A stretch of 35,716 nucleotides of DNA. Source: a virus (taxonomy: Duplodnaviria; Caudoviricetes). Numbering within the stretch: the stretch's first letter is position 1; each line of letters begins with the position of its first letter. The notes under the pieces are model-generated. The model was not told the DNA's origin. It saw only the letters and a program-made list of their open reading frames with translations, and did no database searches. Shown here in pieces: positions 34,262 to 35,716 of this stretch. The position numbers and the translations under genes are program-made. The stretch covers positions 1 to 35,716 of IMG/VR virus record IMGVR_UViG_3300020045_003981, one strand, 5' to 3'.

Positions 34262-34691
34262 ATGAAAGGTACTCCCTGAGACTCTCTAGCGCGTTGATCT
34301 GCTCAAGGCAGAGATTGAGAGGCACGGGCTAACCAATATCGCAAAACTGGCCGGGAAGCCGGTGCGCCAGATCAACGACATGGCCAGCGGTCGCAAATCA
34401 TTCGGCGACAAAGTGGCGCGCGAAATCGGCCCGCTAATTAGGGCAGACCTACCTGACGACTGGCTTTTGACACCCACTGGCTATGAAGCGCCGGGGAAAT
34501 CAACCGACTTAATGGCTAAATCGCCGGACGCGGGGCGCTATGATCTATTCAGCCCGGCCATTGCCGAGGTGATACAAATTATGGAGTCGCTAACCAACAC
34601 CGAGCAGCGCGAAATCGTCGGCGCAGTAAAAATGCTTGTTGGCAACACGCGGGGCGGCGCCCGGCACTCCAACACTCGCACCGGCCAGTAA
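34262..34691 (+). pseudogene. second XRE repressor, 5' end apparently disrupted
   Basis: frame of 34362..34691 extends upstream as KVLPETL*RVDLLKAEIERHGLTNIAKLAGKPVRQINDMASGRKSFGDKVAREI; TAG at 34287; ATG 34262 is one base out of frame. Confidence 0.65.
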
Positions 34692-34791
34692 TCCCGCCGA
34701 CGGTGCGTTACGCTGGGGATATACCGAATGTCATATTGATGGCGGACTACAAACAGCGTATTCTGAAGGTTTAAACAACGCGCAGGACGCT

Positions 34792-35142
34792 ATGACATTT
34801 ATTCAAATTGCCGGATCAATTCTGAGCTTTATCATGGGTCTTCTCATCTTTGTCGGCTCAAAGTCTGCCATGCAAGAAACAGTAGGCGCGTGCTTTTTTA
34901 TCGCCAGCGCGACACTGTTTGCCGGCGGGTCGATTACCAGTGCCATCAATCGAATGAGTGACCGCCTGGCTGAAAAATTAACCTGTCCAGAAAAAATGAC
35001 GAGGGCAGCGCCGGAAGATCAAACGCCGGCCAAAGACGATCAGCCTTGCATGGTAGCGACCGAAGAAACACCCACCGCCAAGGCAAGCTGGGTAGAAACC
35101 GCCAAAAATGAAATTCAAGCGGAAAAAGAAAACCGGCGATAA
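34792..35142 (+). CDS. 2-TM membrane protein
   Basis: AGGA SD; two hydrophobic helices and a polar tail. Confidence 0.7.
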   Translation: MTFIQIAGSILSFIMGLLIFVGSKSAMQETVGACFFIASATLFAGGSITSAINRMSDRLAEKLTCPEKMTRAAPEDQTPAKDDQPCMVATEETPTAKASWVETAKNEIQAEKENRR

Positions 35143-35156
35143 CCCAGCAAAAAACA

Positions 35157-35182
35157 AAACCCGCCACACGGCGGTTTTTTTT
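35157..35182 (+). terminator. rho-independent (possibly bidirectional) terminator
   Basis: AAAAC-CCGCC-ACAC-GGCGG-T8. Confidence 0.8.
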
Positions 35183-35191
35183 CGCCTAAAT

Positions 35192-35234
35192 AACACCATC
35201 TGGTGTTGACATGTGTTTCACCGTTTGGTGTAAT
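35192..35234 (+). promoter_or_regulatory. sigma70 promoter with two CACC-N4-GGTG operators
   Basis: AACACCATCTGGTGTT (35192-207) and TTCACCGTTTGGTGTA (35217-232) overlap TTGACA-17-TGTAAT. Confidence 0.8.
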
Positions 35235-35268
35235 GGTCGCAACACAACAAAACCAAGCGAGAGAAACC

Positions 35269-35433
35269 ATGAACTACCTACCCACCAAAATCTACCGCTG
35301 GCTGCCCACGCTCTACATCATCGCCGGCAGCCTGTTAGCCGCCTACGGCCCCGGAAACATCGGCAAGCCTTCCAGCTTGCTGCTGATCTGGGTCGGGGTT
35401 GCGGTATTCAACATGCGTCTCAACAACCGCTGA
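35269..35433 (+). CDS. 54-aa 2-TM membrane protein
   Basis: GAGAG SD; MNYLPTKIYRWLPTLYII... Confidence 0.65.
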   Translation: MNYLPTKIYRWLPTLYIIAGSLLAAYGPGNIGKPSSLLLIWVGVAVFNMRLNNR

Positions 35434-35442
35434 GGCAGCGCC

Positions 35443-35616
35443 ATGACCCACCACACGCACCAGTTGATTCAAGCCTACCAGCGCAGCGGCTTGTCGTTTT
35501 TGGGCATGACGTTTGACCACGCAACGAGCATCAAGGCCATCCGCATTGCGCTTGAGTGCGCAGTCAAGGCCAGCACCAAGGGCAAACCGGCGCCCATTCA
35601 GCCGGGTTTGATTTGA
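35443..35616 (+). CDS. 57-aa protein (paralog B; absent from ORF track)
   Basis: GAGG SD; MTHHTHQLIQAYQRSGLSFLGMTFDH...PAPIQPGLI. Confidence 0.85.
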   Translation: MTHHTHQLIQAYQRSGLSFLGMTFDHATSIKAIRIALECAVKASTKGKPAPIQPGLI

Positions 35617-35620
35617 GGGG

Positions 35621-35716
35621 ATGACGATGATCAACCGCGAAACAATCTGGCACGAAACATACAACCTAAAAACAATCAGCGTCGACGGCATTAACGTGGC
35701 CGTTTTAAACGCCATT
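35621..35716 (+). CDS. partial ORF running off the window end
   Basis: GAGGGG SD; MTMINRETIWHETYNLK... open to the end. Confidence 0.55.
   Translation, partial: MTMINRETIWHETYNLKTISVDGINVAVLNAI

Overview
Most of a temperate siphovirus genome, probably infecting a GC-rich proteobacterium (host is an inference). It appears to be in the excised or virion state, because a candidate intact attP lies next to the integrase. The + strand runs: lambda-type terminase and portal, a three-gene insert, an HK97-type protease-capsid fusion, connector and tail genes with a G/GT -1 frameshift, a GTA-like tail tip (DUF2460, DUF2163, NlpC-P60, megatron-like), receptor-binding genes, a lysis cassette (GH19 endolysin, Rz/Rz1), attP and a tyrosine integrase. 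A - strand early-left operon and a cI/cro immunity region follow. Four things stand out. (1) A ~1 kb C5-cytosine methyltransferase locus is read completely in two same-strand frames: one supplies motifs I-VIII and X, the other supplies four tandem TRD-like repeats and motif IX. Both start at one GTGAATG junction. (2) A perfect 3 x 46-bp tandem repeat frameshifts the winged-helix gene whose stop codon is that junction, making it a candidate phase-variable switch. (3) A second, mirror-image repressor/operator/early-gene module is present, with a damaged repressor. (4) The portal has a long beta-repeat C-terminal extension followed by unexplained structural-looking genes. All family assignments come from recognised motifs and gene order; no database search was run.
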